Shown one piece after another: positions 1-14,463 of a stretch of 64,000 nt of DNA. The notes beneath the pieces are model-generated. The model saw only the letters and a list, made by a program, of their open reading frames with translations. It did not search any database and was not told where the DNA came from. Made by a program: the position numbers and the translations under genes. Source of the stretch: Malacoraja senta. Taxonomy: Eukaryota. Numbering within the stretch: position 1 is the first letter of the stretch; each line of letters opens with the position of its first letter. The stretch lies in contig CM075989.1 of assembly GCA_038087875.1 (NCBI GenBank), positions 744,001 through 808,000 on the forward strand, read 5' to 3'.

Positions 1-3000
1 ACTTTAGCCGAATCAGCTATTACATTGATACCCAAAAAAGACAAAGATCTTGAAGAGCCAGGATCATATAGAGCAATCACTCTTTAAATACAGACCAGAA
101 AATATTAGCTAAAACCCTGGCATGAAGACTAAGTAAGTACATCAGTAAATCAATACACTCTGATCAAACTGGGTTTATACCTAAGAGACATTCGTTCAAT
201 AACTTGAGATGCTTGTTTAATATAATGTACTCATACAGAACGATAAACAAAGATTTATCAATTATTTCTTTAGACGCAGAAAAAGCATTTGACCAAGTAG
301 AATGGGAATATCTCTTCACAGTATTGCAAAAATTCCAACTAGGAAAAAATGTTATTTCATGGATAAAGTTGTTATTTAACAATCCGACTGCCAGAATACT
401 GACTAATCAAACTCTGTCACCTAAATTTCAATTATCCAGCGGCAATAGACAAGGGTGTGCTTTATCACCAATATTATTTGCCCTTGCTATAGGGTGCCCT
501 TAGCTGAAAGTACAAGAGTACATCCGGGCATTCATGGTTATAATACTAAATATACTAATAATAAGATTTTGTTATATGCAGCCGATGTACTTTTATATAT
601 TACCAACTCCCAAGTCAGTATCCCAAATATATTAAACCTCATAGAACAATTCGGCTCCTTCTCAGGGTATAGAATAAACTGGAACAAAAGTGAAATTATG
701 CCGATAAAACCTGAAAAATTTAAATATCTTGGAGTCTACATGATTAGAAAATATCCCTCTTTATTTCAAGCAAATTTTCCACCATTAATCACCAAATTAA
801 ATGTCCTTATACAATTTTGGAAAACACTTCCGATTTCCCTTATAGGTAGAGTAAATGCCATAAAGATGATTTTCCCTCCACAACTCCTGTACCTATTTCA
901 ATCAATACCGATTTTCCTCCGTAAAAACTTTTTTTTTTTTAAATCGACTCTGTCATTACAAACTATATCTGGGATTATAAAACTCATAGAATTCTTTTTT
1001 TAAATATTTTTTTTTAATTTAGAAGTATTGTACAATGCAATAATCTCAAACAAACATAAAATTATACATTTCTTGTACCACTTCTTATTTTAAACTTTAA
1101 TAAGAAAAAAGATAGAGAGAATTAGCAGAGATAGTGAGTGAGTGATTGAAAAAGTGGTCCAGGGAAACCTGTAGGGACCTAAACCACAAGAAAGAGTTAA
1201 ACAACAACAAAAATAGACAAAGGAAGGAAAAAGAAACAAAGTAAGATAAGATAAGACAAGATAAAAGTGGATGTACCTACTTCATATCTTTACTCACCCC
1301 TCACCAGGTCCTGAAACCATTTATTTTCAACATTTTGTTGCACCCTATATTTGTAATAAGTCGATAAATGGAGACTAAATCTTTTGGAAATGGTCTGGTT
1401 TACCTGCTAAGAGGAATCTCATATCTTCTAGGTGTAACAGATCCGACATATAAGAAATCCACATTTTTATCGTTGGTGTGGGAGCGTTTTTCCAGAATTT
1501 CAGTATGTTTTTTGGCCATTATTATACCGTAATTAAGGAAGCTCTTTTGAAATGAAGTCAGCTCCAAACTGGCTTCGATTGTTCCAAAAATGATCAATTC
1601 TGCATTCGGTTTCAGTTTTATTTTAAATAATTTCGTAAAAATTTCAAAGATTTCATTCCAAAATTCTTGAATTTTTATACAAAAAACAAAAGAATGTGCT
1701 ATAGTTGCTTCTTGGGTTAGACATTTATCACAGATGGAAGAGACATTTGGATAACATTTACTTATTTTAGCTTTTGAGTAGTATAGTCTGTGTAAAATTT
1801 TGAATTGAATTAGAATGTGTCTTGCATTAATCGAGCATTTATGCACATATAACAAGTGTTTATCCCAACTCTCTTTCGAGATTTTTATAGCTAATTCTTG
1901 TTACCAATCTCTTCTAATCATATCAGATGGTATTTCTATATTTAGGATGGTATTATACAAGTATGATATTAAATTAATTGATTCCGCCTTTATATTCATT
2001 GCATCGTCTAATAGCTCTGGAGACAAGTTTTGATATTCTTGTGTATATTTTTTCAAATAGTCACGGATTTGAAAGTATTTAAAATATTGATTGCTTCTCA
2101 AATTGTATTTAAGTTGTAGTTGGTGAAATGATAAAAAATTTCCATTATCATACATATCTCCAAACGTTTTAATTCCTAATCTGTCCCAGTATGTAAAAGA
2201 TGTATCTATAATAGATGGTTTAAACAACGGATTATTAACTATAGGTGCAAGAAGCGATAGATTTCTTAATTTTAAAGTTAATTTTATTGTTTCCAAATTC
2301 TAATTGTACTATGAATAATTGGATTTTTATTGAATATTGTATTCTTCAATTTTGTTGGTGAGAGAAGGATCGCTCCTATATTAAAAGGGGAACAATCCTC
2401 TCTCTCCATTACTATCCAATCCACCTGCTGGGCCAAGTTGTCCAACAGGTGAATCATATTTTTGACATTTGCTGCCCAATAATAATAAAAAATTTAGGGT
2501 GTGTTAATCCGCCAAATTCTTTAGGTTTGCACAAATGTCTTCTTTGAATTCTATGGGATTTTAGGTAAGTATATCGGTATTGGTTGGAATAGAATCTTTT
2601 TCTGAAGCAATTTTAAAAGGGAATTTTAACAGGTCTGTTGAGTCTTGAGGTTTTATCGTCATAATTTCACTTTTATTCCAAATTATTCTATATCTGGAAA
2701 AGGATCCAAATTCCTCTATTAGATTTAATATATTTGGTATACTGATTTGAGATTTTGTAATATATAATAGTACATCATCTGCATATAATGATATTTTATT
2801 ATTTGAGTATTTTGTATTATAACCATGGATATTCGGATGTATTCTAATACTTTCCACTAAAGGTTCTATTACCAGAGCAAATAGCAGAGGTGATAATGAA
2901 CATCCCTGTGTATTTCCCCTTGATAATTGAAATTTCGGGGACAACATATTATTAGTTAATATTCTGGCAGTAGGCCTGTCATATAATAGTTTTACCCAAG

Positions 3001-5350
3001 AGATAAAATTTGCTCCCATTTGAAATTTTTGCAAGGTATTCCATTCCACTTGATCGAATGCTTTTTCTGCGTCCAATGAAATAATTGATAAGTCTTGTTC
3101 TTCGGTTTTATATGAGTGCATTATATTAAACAGACGTCTCAAATTATTGCATGAGTATCTCTTGGGTATAAACCCCGTTTAATCCGCATTTATTAATTTA
3201 CTAACATATTTACTTAATCTTCTAGCTAATGTTTTCGTTAATATTTTTAAATCTGTATTTAACAGCAATAGCTCTGTAAGAATCCGGGGCTTCTAAATCT
3301 TTATCTTTTTTAGGTATAAGTGTAATCGTTGATTCTGCTAATGTCTCTGGAAGTGTCTGTTCTTTAAAAGCATATGTATACATTTTATGTAACCGTGGTG
3401 TAATTATCTCGTAGAATCTTTTATAAAATTCATTACTAAAACCATCTGGTCCTGGTGTTTTTCCATTTTTTTATGAATTTATTGTTTCTTCTATTTCCTT
3501 AGTTGAAATTTGTGCTCCTAATTCCTCTTGTTCGATCGAATTAAGTTTTGGGAGATTACAATTATCCAAGAACTCTATAACTTTAGTACTATCTGCTAAC
3601 GCTTTAGATGTATATACATTTGGATAAAATTGCACAAATCTTTTATTAATATCCTTAGGTAGTGTTAACAATTCCCCTTTATCTGATTTAATCTTCAAAA
3701 TCATATGGTCTTTTTCACTTTTTTTCAGTTGTCTTGCCAAAAGTTTGTGTGGTTTATCCCCAAATTCAAAATTTTCCTGTTTTGTAACTCATAGAATTCA
3801 TAAATTACATTTATGCAAACCTAAAGAAATTTGTGGACTGGCTCTCCCTAATTTTCTTCTCTATTATTGGCCAACTAATATTAAAAATTTAATTTACTGG
3901 ATGGACGATACATGCCAACAAGTAAACAGGTTAAAAATGGAAAGGGAAGATTGTTTGCCTTTAAATATAGGCGCGATTCATCTCTCTCCAATACATCTGA
4001 AGAAATCAATGTATCAGAAAAATCCGATAATCCATAGCACCTTACGAATTTGGAAACAGTTGAAATCAACCCTTAAATTGAAAAAATTCTCTCTCCTCTT
4101 ACCAATTGCCAATAATCCCTCGTTTAAACCGTGTACCTTAGACAAGGCGTTTACACAATGGGAAAGCCTAGGAATTAAAAAGCTGGGAGATCTTTATGGG
4201 AAGGGGACCTTCCTCTCGCTTCAAGAATTACAGGTGAAATATCATTTGAAAGGTGGTAATTTCTTTAGATATCAAATACGAGACTATGTGAAAATACACA
4301 CGCAAGATTGTCACTCTATGGGCCCAGATATATTAGATGAAAGCATGAACAGAAAGGCGGATACAAATAAGTTAATATCCTATTTCTACAATACCCTTTT
4401 AAATGTACATATCCCATCGTCGGAAATAATTAGGCGAGCATGGGAAGACAAATTGGGTTTAACAATTTCAAAAGATAGCTGGGAGGAAAATCTTTTATAT
4501 ATACATTACTGCTCTCTTAAAGTTAGGCACTCCCTAATAAAATTTAAAATACTGCATAGACTCTATTATTCAAAGTCTAAATGGAACAAGATCTTCCCAA
4601 ATATCTCTCCTATCTGCGATAAATGTCTCCTCCAAGAAGCGACTATAACCCATTCTTTTGTTTCCTGCACAAAATTACAAAACATCTGGAGGGGAATTTT
4701 GATATATTTTCCAAAATACTTAAAACTAAATTGGATCCCGATATAAAACTGATCACACTATTTATGTCAGAGGCCTGTTCTGAGCTAATGATATATCAAA
4801 GACGTTTCCTTAACTATGGCCTAATAACGGCGAAAAAATGAATACTCACATTTTGGAAACAGACAACAGTCCCTACAGTGAAGATGTGGAACACAGTTAT
4901 GTCCGAGACACTACATTTGGAAAACATTAGGCTTGTCTTGGCGGAAAAAACAGATCAATTTCTTAAGACATGGACACACTTTACTGAATTCTTACAACAA
5001 TAGTATGGTGCAACACAAATTTACATTTAAATCTGATGCTATGTTAGGTGAGGCGGGCGGGGGGGGGGGGGGGGGGAATGAGGTGCAAGGTATATCCCCA
5101 CTATGCTTTTTCTTTTTTTTTCAATTCCTATATCTTTGTGCTACACTGCTTTGGTAGTTTATGGGGTTTTCTTTTGTTCTTCTTCAATCTATCTTTTCAC
5201 TTTCTACTTCTTTTCTTTCTTGATTTCTCTTTCTTTTCTTTTTTCATTTTCATAATTTAGGTTATAAGGTTAAAAATGAAGCTGTACAATAAATGTATAA
5301 TTGTTGTATAGATGTCGAATGTTTTATCTTTGTACAATTGCTTCTAATAT
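1..5350 (+). mobile_element. Decayed L1 (LINE-1) ORF2 3' half plus 3' UTR, interrupted by an antisense L1 at 995-3785
   Basis: RT motifs [22 protein letters not shown](YADD), FKYLG in broken frames; C-terminal CCHC region CDKC...H...C at ~4615-4670; G-tract and T-rich 3' UTR. Confidence 0.92.
995..3785 (-). mobile_element. 5'-truncated L1 nested in L1, antisense, 14-bp TSD
   Basis: AACTCATAGAATTC at 981-994 and 3786-3799; T-rich tail at 995-1020; RT ([13 protein letters not shown]) and CCHC fragments on minus strand. Confidence 0.92.
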
Positions 5351-5359
5351 ATATTGTTT

Positions 5360-5846
5360 AAGTGTCATGACACTGCACTTGAATTGGGAGGCCTTGCACC
5401 CTGCTTGAAGTGGCATGAAACTGCATTTGAGTTTGGTGGCCTTGCACCCTGCTTGAAGTGGCATGAAACGGCACTTGAGTTTGGTGAACTTGCACCCTGC
5501 TTGAAGTGGCATGAAATGGCACTTGAGTTTTGTGGACCTGCACCCTGCTTCAAGTGGCAGGAAACTGCACTTGGATTTGGTGGCCTAGCACCCTGCATGA
5601 AGTGGCTGGAAACTGCACTTGAATTTGGTGGCCTTGCACCATGCTTGAAGTGGCAGGAAACTGCACTTGAATTTGGTGGCCTTGCACCCTGCTTGAAGTG
5701 GCAGGAAACACCACTTGAATTTGGTGGCCTTGCACCCAGCTTGAAATGGTATGAATCTGCACTTGAATTTGATGGCCTTGCACCCTGCTTGAAATGGGAT
5801 GAAACTGCACTTGGATTTGGTGGCATTGCACCCTGCTTCAAGTGGC
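5360..5846. repeat. 48-bp minisatellite, left arm (~10 units)
   Basis: Unit ~AAGTGGCATGAAACTGCACTTGAGTTTGGTGGCCTTGCACCCTGCTTG, head to tail, period 48 (e.g. CTGCTTGAAG at 5401 and 5449). Confidence 0.97.
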
Positions 5847-8069
5847 ATTTTATATCGAAGTCATGTGAGTGACTACGTGAAGAGCCCGCCAGCCCGCATG
5901 CTCATCAATAAGTTGACGCATGGCATGGGATTCGGAGCAGTTCGAAACTGCTCCGGAGGGTAAGGATTATTTTATTCCAGGAACGGCCCGCTGCTCCGTT
6001 AATTGGGTGCAGCGGGCTTGGAGAAGCTGACGGCCGCGACCAGTGCAGCTACTCGAGAAGCGGCCGCACAGCTACCACCATGGATGGTGGTCGATCTCAA
6101 AAAGTTGACGGGCATGGCCTGAGCAATTACCGCTATTGAAGCTCCAAGAGTGAGCAGGCAGCTGTTGGGGGAGAAAAAAATGATGAGCGCGGTCGTACAG
6201 ACACCTCTGGTTTTGGGGCTCCAAGGGAGCAGGCAGCTGTTCGGAGCATCTGAGGGGCGAGGCCTGTTCAGACACCTCCTTTGGAGCTCCGAAAGGGAGC
6301 CAGCCAGAGGTCTGAGGAAGCAACACCTGGTTCAGGGTTGTGTTATATTCCTCCCCTAAGAGACTCCGTTGAGGCCCCAGAAGGGAGCAACCTGTCCAGT
6401 GAGTAAAAAATAAATTAATAAATTAATAGACAGATATACAAATAAATAAAAATAAATGGATGAATAAATATATAAATAAAAAAGGAAATGTGCTCCTGGC
6501 TCAGGAGACACTTACAGGCTGTGCCATGCAGATGCCTGTGGAAGCAACACCTGGTTCAGGGTTGCGTTATAATATCTCCCGTTCAGAAGAAGGAAGCAAC
6601 ACCTGGCTCAGGGTTGCGTTATAATATTTCCTGCTCAGAAGAGGAGAGTGTTGGAGATTATTACATAAGTGACCCCGACTATGTGGATATCAATAAGGAA
6701 TTCGAATCCCTTGAGCTAGTGGGGGATATGCTGCATTTTAATCATATGAAGGAGCTACCAGCTCTTGTCACATATTTGCCATCCCTTTGGGGATAGGATA
6801 TTCACTGGAGGAAGATCTGGCTAAGAGCATCAGGGATTTAACTTCTCATTAGCTAAGGAGGGGAATATGCTGGATACGGCTGGGAAATATGCCAGTCCAG
6901 ATAACTGCCAGACATTTGGATGTTCCATAAGTCAATTACATAAGTTGGGATATCTCAGTGATGATATGTAGGCAAAGAATTATTTCAGCGAGTCCAAAAA
7001 CTGCTCACTGGAGTCATTACGGCCTTTTGCAAACTCAACTCGGAAGTGCAGAAAGCTGCATTATCATTTCTCTTTAATACACAGTTGCGGCTATTGCCTT
7101 CGCAAAAATGCTATAAGGCATGAGATAATTCCCAAAATGGCTCATTTTTACAGGGCCAGTAGCATGCAGCCTGCATAGTATCTCTTCAGAGAGGACTTAA
7201 GTAGCAAGTTGAAGACTTGCAGGGGAAATTTAAGGCGGCTGCGGGGGTGGAGTACCATCCTATGTGGGTAAAGCTCCAGTATTCCGGCGGGTTTACACAC
7301 CTGTATAAACAAGGAGCAGGAAGCACCGTTGAAGCTCCAGAAAGGAGCAGTCGGGAGTCACTAGCTGGCCCCGCAAGAGCAGCCTGTTGAACCAGGCTTG
7401 GAGTAATGGCAGGCGTGACCTGTCCAGTGAGCCCCGCTGAGGCTCCGAAGGAGCAGCTGGCCAAAAGAGCAGCCTGTCGATCCGGGCTGGGAGAAGCTGT
7501 CAGCACAATCTGCACAGTCAGATCCAGCAAAGGCTCCAAAAATGGCAAAAATGCCCGAATGAGCAGCCTGTCGAGGCAGACTTGGAGTAATTGCAGGCGC
7601 GGCCTGTTCAGTCAGCTACGCTAAGGCTCCAAAGGAGCGGAAGGGGCCAAAGGAGCGGCTTGTCAAACCAGGCTGGGAATAACTGGTAGCGTGACCTGCA
7701 CAGTAAAGCTCCAGCAAGGCTCCAAAGAGGCTGTAGGCCGAAGAAGCAGTCTGTCCCATTGGGCTCAGAAATGCTGGCAGGCGTGTCTTCCATAGCAATG
7801 TCGCTTTTGAGCTCCGGAAAAGAGCTGTTTGGCAAGCATGGAGCAGAAGATGTGGTCAGACATGGTCTGCAATGGGGACTTCCGGTGGCACTATGGAGTA
7901 GTAAGAGGCGCTCCATTTAGCTCCGCTCCGAAAAATGCGTTAAAACGCGTTAAAATACCTGTAAAATAAAAAGGGACTGAAGGAAAAACACTTACCCGCA
8001 GATGCCCGACGTCGCGTAAGTGCCGTAATCAGAAATCGACGTGATACCGCCTGGATACCGGTATTTTAA

Positions 8070-9075
8070 ATGAAAAGAAGGGCTTGCAAAAGGAATCTGC
8101 GTACACCGCCTCTGGTTAGACACAGAACTCTAAGGCAGATTCTACAAGAGGAAGGTGAAGAAACCTTTCAAGATTCTGAGGAAGAAAGACTTATTTCTAC
8201 CATGGAAGAGCAAGAACATGATCAAGCTCTAAGACTGGCTATGGTAAAAGACTTTATAGAAGTGCTGGCTGTAAAGCTTGGAAACGTGGAAACAAAACTT
8301 CATGTTCAACTCAATGCTGGGAAAACAGAAATCTGTGGAAAAATTGACACTCTACAAGTTCGAATTGAGGAGGTGAACACCTCTTTGAAAGGAGAAATTT
8401 AAAGGGTTGAAGAGGATATTAGTAATAAGCTGGAACCCATCCTTATCCCCTCAAAGGAAGAAGGCGACACCATCAGAGAACTGGAGGCTGCAACTGTGGA
8501 CATCTCTCAGACAACTTGAAGATTGAAGAAAGAACTCGGCCGTGTCTCTGGGCAATTGGCCCGAATGACCGAAAAATGCCTAGACCTTGAAGGTCGTTCT
8601 AAATGCCCAAATTTAAGAATTGTTGGGGTGAAGGAAGGGAAGGAAGATGGAAAAGATTCTTGGTACTTTACTGCTGACTTACTCCAACAGGTACTTAAGC
8701 TGCCTGAGAGACCTAAAATTGATCGGGCACATCAAGCTCAGAGAGCCCGACTAGGAGCTGGAGCACCACCAAGACAACTTATTCTGAAACTACACCTCCC
8801 ATCAGTTCTTGAAGACATCGTGAAGAAAGTTGCAAGCGCAAGAAACCTGATGTTTGAAGGAGACAACATAAGAATCTTCAGAGATTATCCAGCAGATGTT
8901 GTAAGAAAGTAAGTCGCGTGTTATCCTCAGAGACATACCAGGCTTAAGATATGGACTAATGTATCCAGCCAAACTAAGGGTCACATACAGAGAATCGGAG
9001 TGTTTCTTCACCGACCTAGAAGATGCATTTAAATATGGGCAAGACATAGCAAAGGATATAGCAAAGGACAAGTAG
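8070..9075 (+). pseudogene. L1 ORF1 (coiled coil, RRM, CTD), disrupted
   Basis: DLEGRSKCPNLRIVGVKEG, IDRAH, IRIFRDY, YPAKLRV motifs; stops and frameshifts. Confidence 0.88.
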
Positions 9076-10680
9076 AAAAGTAACATTTGGCATAGCTCTG
9101 TATGAAAATGCATTGACTTTAACAGACTATTAGCAGGGCTATGCTTTATTTACCAAACTTGTTATATTGTGTGTTTAAGTTACCCCTTGTATATGTATTT
9201 ATAAGGGGGTAGAGTGATATAATGTGTTTTTCAAAAAAAATGTTCGTATAAGATGGCCGACAGGCTAACAGGCGATTAAGTCTAGACTAACTTATCGGAG
9301 ATAGAAATGGAATGTGTGGGGAGGAGGATCCGTGGGAGATGTCCAGGGAGATCGATCAAGGTCTCCCTGAATAACTCAGCTGCGAATACAATTTAAACCT
9401 ATAATAAATATATAAATACTAACAAACGCACTAACCCGTCTATTTTAATTTAATACTGAATAGTCATGAGATTTGCTCAATCTAGGTAATGGTTCAAGAA
9501 TCTGTTTATATCCAAAATGTGGTTAATAACTATCCGATCAGAGGAAGAAGGTGAGAATTACAGTATGTTATTGGAAGGGGGATTTGTGAAGGGAGGAGAG
9601 AGAGAGAGATCTCTCTCTGCCTGTGGAACTGTTGGAGGTTCTAATGAATTCCTATATGCCTGATGATTTTAAACCAGCTATGTATTTAACATACTAATTT
9701 CAACATGCAAGTTTTTATATTTCTATATTTCAACTTAATTAGTAAATACTCACTTAGATGTATGCTATAAGAAGAAATCTAACTCTCTCAGATGAAATTA
9801 TTTACGGATTGTTCTCCGGTTTTTCTTTGTTACATTATATGTCGCTCAGTCCATTTTTTTTTGTGTTACTCGGTAAAGGGCGGAACTAACTGAAATTAAC
9901 ATCCACGGAAGCTCTGAAGATATATCCCACCAGGGGGTGGGTTTCACGCACAGTATCTCCAAATGCTGTGACTTTTGATGTTTTTTTTAAATTATTTTGT
10001 CTATTTAACACACTCCTTACTTACTCTTCTTAAGGCAATTTTTCTCGGGATATACCTGCAGGGCCTTGAAATTGGGCTCACCCACCCAGTAACCAAAAGG
10101 TTGATTTTAAATAGTGTGTTGCCCCATCTGAAACAAGGGAAACCATGTAAGCTCTAATGCAAGACGATCCTTTGAAGAAAATTGGAGGAATTACATTTTG
10201 TATCGATTAATGCTGATATAATATTTTTACAGGAGACGCACCTTAAAGATCGAGCGCATAACAGGCTGAAGGCTAACTGGATTGGCCAATTATATCACTC
10301 CACCTTTCTCTCCAAAGCTAGAGGTACTGCAATTATAATTTGTAAAGGTATACCATTTAAACATAAAGCCACTATAGCAGATAAGGAGGGTAGGTACATC
10401 ATAGTATCTGGGGAGATATATTCCACCCCACTTACTATGGTGAATATCTACGCTCCCAACTTTGATAACCTACAATTTTTAAATAAAATAATTAATATCT
10501 TAGATTCTACCCAGCAAAATCTGATAATTTGAGGAGACTTTAATTGTGTTCCAGATCAATATCTGGATAAATCATCACAACAAAGGAGATATAATACAAA
10601 ATCAAAATCTAGGGAACTCCTAAACACGTATATAAAAATGCAAAAAAACAGATGTATGGAGCATTGCGAATCCATCCGGG

Positions 10681-13001
10681 TTGGGATGGTCGAAGGGTTG
10701 AGATTTTTGATTGGAGAAAGGCTAACTTTGAGGAGATGAGAAAGGATTTAACAGGAGTGAATTGGGACATTTTGTTTTATGGGAAGGATGTAGAAGAGAA
10801 ATGGAGGACATTTAAAGGTGATATTTTAAGAGTACAGAATCTTTATGTCCCTGTTCGGTTGAATGGAAGTAGTAAAAATTGGAAAGAGCCATGGTTTTCA
10901 AGGGAAATTGGACACGGTTCGGAAAAAGAGAGAGATCTACAATAATTATAGGAAGCATGTAAATGAGGTGCTTGAGGAGTATAAAGAATGTAAAAAGAAT
11001 CTTAAGAAAGAAATTAGAAAAGCAAAAAGAAGATATGAGGTAGCTTTGGCAGGTAAGGTGAAAGTAAATCAAAAGGGTTTCGACAGCTATATTAATAGCA
11101 AAAGGATAACAAGGGATAAAATTGGTCCATTAGAGAGTCAGAGTGGACATCTATCTGCAGAGCCAAAAGAGATGGGGGAGATATTGAACACTTTCTATTC
11201 TTCGGTATTCACCAAGTAGAAGGATATTGAATTATGTGAGGTAAGGGAAACAAGTAGAGTAGCTATGGAAATTATGAGATTCAAAGAAGAGGAACTACGG
11301 ACACTTTTGAAAAATATAAAAGTGGATAAGTCTCCAAGTCCTGACAGGATATTCCCTAGGACATTGAGGGAAGTTAGTGTAGAAATAGCAGGGGCTATGA
11401 CAGAAATATTTCAAATGTCATTAGAAACGGGAATGGTGCCGGAGGATTGGCGTACTGCGCATGTTGTTCCATTGTTTAAAAAGGGTTCTAAGAGTAAACC
11501 TAACAATTATAGACCTGTTAGTTTGACGTCAGTGGTGGGCAAATTAATGGAAAGGATATTAGAGATATTATATATAAGCATATATAAGGGCCTGATTAGG
11601 AACAGTCAACATAGATTTGTGCCTGGAAGGTCATGTTTGACTAATCTTCTTGAATTTTTTGAAGAGGTTACTAGGGAAATTGATGAGGGTAAAGTGGTGG
11701 ATGTTGTCTATATGGACTTTAGTAAGGCCTTTGACAAATTTCCACATGGAAGGCTGGTTAAGAAGGTTCAATTGTTGGGTATTAATGGTGGAGTAGCAAG
11801 ATGGATTCAACAGTGGCTGAATGGGAGATGCCAGAGAGTAATGGTGGATGGCTGTTTGTCAGGTTGGAGGCCGGTGACTAGTGGGGTGCCTCAGGGTCTG
11901 TGTTGGGTCTACTGTTGTTTGTCATATTCATCAATGAACTGGATGATGGTGTGGTAAATTGGATTAGTAAGTATGCAGATGATACTAAGATAGGTAGTGT
12001 TATGGATAATGACATAGATTTTCAAAGTCTACAGAGAGATTTAGGCCATTTGGAAGAGTGGGCTGAAAGATGGCAGATGGAGTTTAATGCTGATAAGTGT
12101 GAGGTGCTACATCTTGGCAGGACAAATCAAAATAGGACGTACATGGTAAATGGTAACGAATTGAGGAATGCAGTTGAACAGAGGGATCTAGGAATAACTG
12201 TGCATAGTTCCCTGAAGGTGGAATCTCATGTAGATAGGGTGGTAAAGAAAGCTTTTGGTGTGCTGGCCTTTATAAATCAGAGCATTGAATATAGAAGTTG
12301 GGATGTGATGTTAAAATTGTACAAGGCATTGGTGAGGCCAATTCTGGAGTATGGTGTACAATTTTGGTCGCCAAATTATAGGAAAGATGTCAACAAAATA
12401 GAGAGAGTACAGAGGAGATTTACTAGAATGTTGCCTGGGTTTCAGCAACTAAGTTACAGAGAAAGGTTGAACAAGTTAGGTCTTTATTCCTTGGAGCGCA
12501 GAAGGTTAAGGGGGGACTTGATAGAGGTCGTTCAAATGATGAGAGGGTTAGACAGAGTTGACGTGGATTCGCTTTTTCCATTGAGAGTAGGGAAGATTCA
12601 ACCAAGAGGACATGATTTCAGAATTAAGGGACAGAAGCTTAGGGATAACATGAGGAGGGACTTCTTTACTCAGAGAGTGGTAGCTGTGTGGAATGACCTT
12701 CCAGTGGAAGTGGTGGAGGCAGGTTCTATTTTATCATTTTATAAATAAATTGGTTAGGTATAGAAACATAGAAACATAGAAACATAGAAAATAGGTGGAG
12801 GAGTAGGCCATTCGGCCCTTCGAGCCTGCACCGCCATTCGATATGATCTTGGCTGATGATCCAACTCAGTAAAATGACAGGAAAGGAATGGAGGGTTATG
12901 GTCTGACTGCAGGTAGATGGGACTAGGGGAAAATAAGTGTTCGACTAGAAGGGCCGAGATGGCCTGTTTCCGTGCTGTCATTGTTATATGGTTATATGGT
13001 T
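10681..13001 (+). mobile_element. 5'-truncated CR1 LINE inserted in the L1 endonuclease region
   Basis: NYRPVSLTSVVGK, DFSKAFD, GVPQG, KYADD, LERRRLRGDLI; (GGTTATAT)n tail; L1 sequence resumes at ~13002. Confidence 0.93.
12759..12871 (-). mobile_element. Short CR1 3'-end with (CTATGTTT)n tail nested in a CR1 3' UTR
   Basis: (CATAGAAA)n followed by ATAGGTGGAGGAGTAGGCCATTCGGCCCTTCGAGCC, same family as 15718 and 47937. Confidence 0.85.
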
Positions 13002-14435
13002 AAAGAGAATATTCCTTCTATTCATCCATGCATAAAACGTATACACGTGTTGACTATTTTCTGGTGGGCACAAAATTAATACCTTTTACAACAAATCCCA
13101 AATACCATAAAAATATTATTTCCAATCATTTTCCTCTAACCTTCTGCCTAAAACTAGAAGGAATGTACAATAAAAAAACATTCTGGAAATTTAATCCTCA
13201 AATATTAACTGACCCAGCTTGCTGTGAATATCTAAAACAACAAATGGAATTGTTTTATGAGACAAATGATACACCAGGTATTTTGGCTTCGTTATTATGG
13301 GAATCTTTTAAGGCCTTTATTAGAGATTCTATTATGTCATATCAAGCATATCAAAATAAAAAGAACAGGACGGAACAACTGGAATTAGAAGAACAGATCA
13401 GACAGCTGGAGTCAGAAAATGCTATAAATCCTTCTATGTATAAACATAATAACATAGCAATATTAAAATTCAAGTTAAATCAAATTCTCTCCGCAAGAGT
13501 TATCAAGCTATTTCAAATTACTAAACAGAAAAAATTTGAATTCGGCGACAAACCGCATAAACTTCTGGCACGTCAGTTGAGAAAAATGGAAATAGATCAT
13601 ACTATTCAAAAAATTAGATCAGTAAAAAGGTCAACTATTTACACTCCCTAAAGATATTAACGAAAGATTTGTACAATTCTATCAAAATTTATACACATCT
13701 AAAACTTCAGTAGAAACGATAAAAATTAAAAACTTCCTCGACAATTGTAATCTTCCGTCACTTAACGTGGCGGAACGTGAAGAGTTAGGAGCGCAGATCA
13801 CAATAAAAGAGATTGAAGAGACTATTAATTCATTGAAGAATGGTAAAACGCCAGGCCCAGACGGGTTTAGTACTGAATTCTATTAAAAAAATTATGATTT
13901 AATCTCCCCGCGTTTACAATCCCTTTATTTACACGCATTTAAAAACAGACACTACGACAAACTTTAGCCGAATCAACTATTACACTGATACCAAAAAAAA
14001 TAAAGATTTCGAAGGGCCGGGATCATATAGAGCAATTGCCCTGCCAAATACAGATCAGAAAATATTAGCTAAAACCTCGCAAGAAGACTAAGTAAATACA
14101 TTAATAAATGAATACATTCTGATATAACTGGGTTTATACCCAAGAGACACTCATTCAACAACTTGAGACGCCTGTTTAATATAATGTACTCACATAGAAC
14201 GATAAAAGAAGACATTAATTATTTCATTAGATGCAGAAAAAGCATTTGACCAAGTAGAATGGAAATATCTTTTTACAGTATTGCAAAAATTTCAATTAGG
14301 AGAAAACTTTATTTCATGGATAAAGTTGCTATATGACAAGTCGACTGCCAGAATACTGACTAATCAAATACTCTGACCTAAATTTTAATTATCCAGGGCC
14401 AATAGACAGGGGTGTGCACTAACACCTCTGTTATT

Positions 14436-14463
14436 GTTAACTCCGTGCTGTTATGGTTATATG
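14436..14463 (+). mobile_element. ~28-bp CR1 3'-tip insertion in the L1 RT
   Basis: TCCGTGCTG...TATGGTTATATG resembles the tail at 12969-13001; flanked by GTTATT at 14430-14435 and 14464-14469. Confidence 0.7.
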
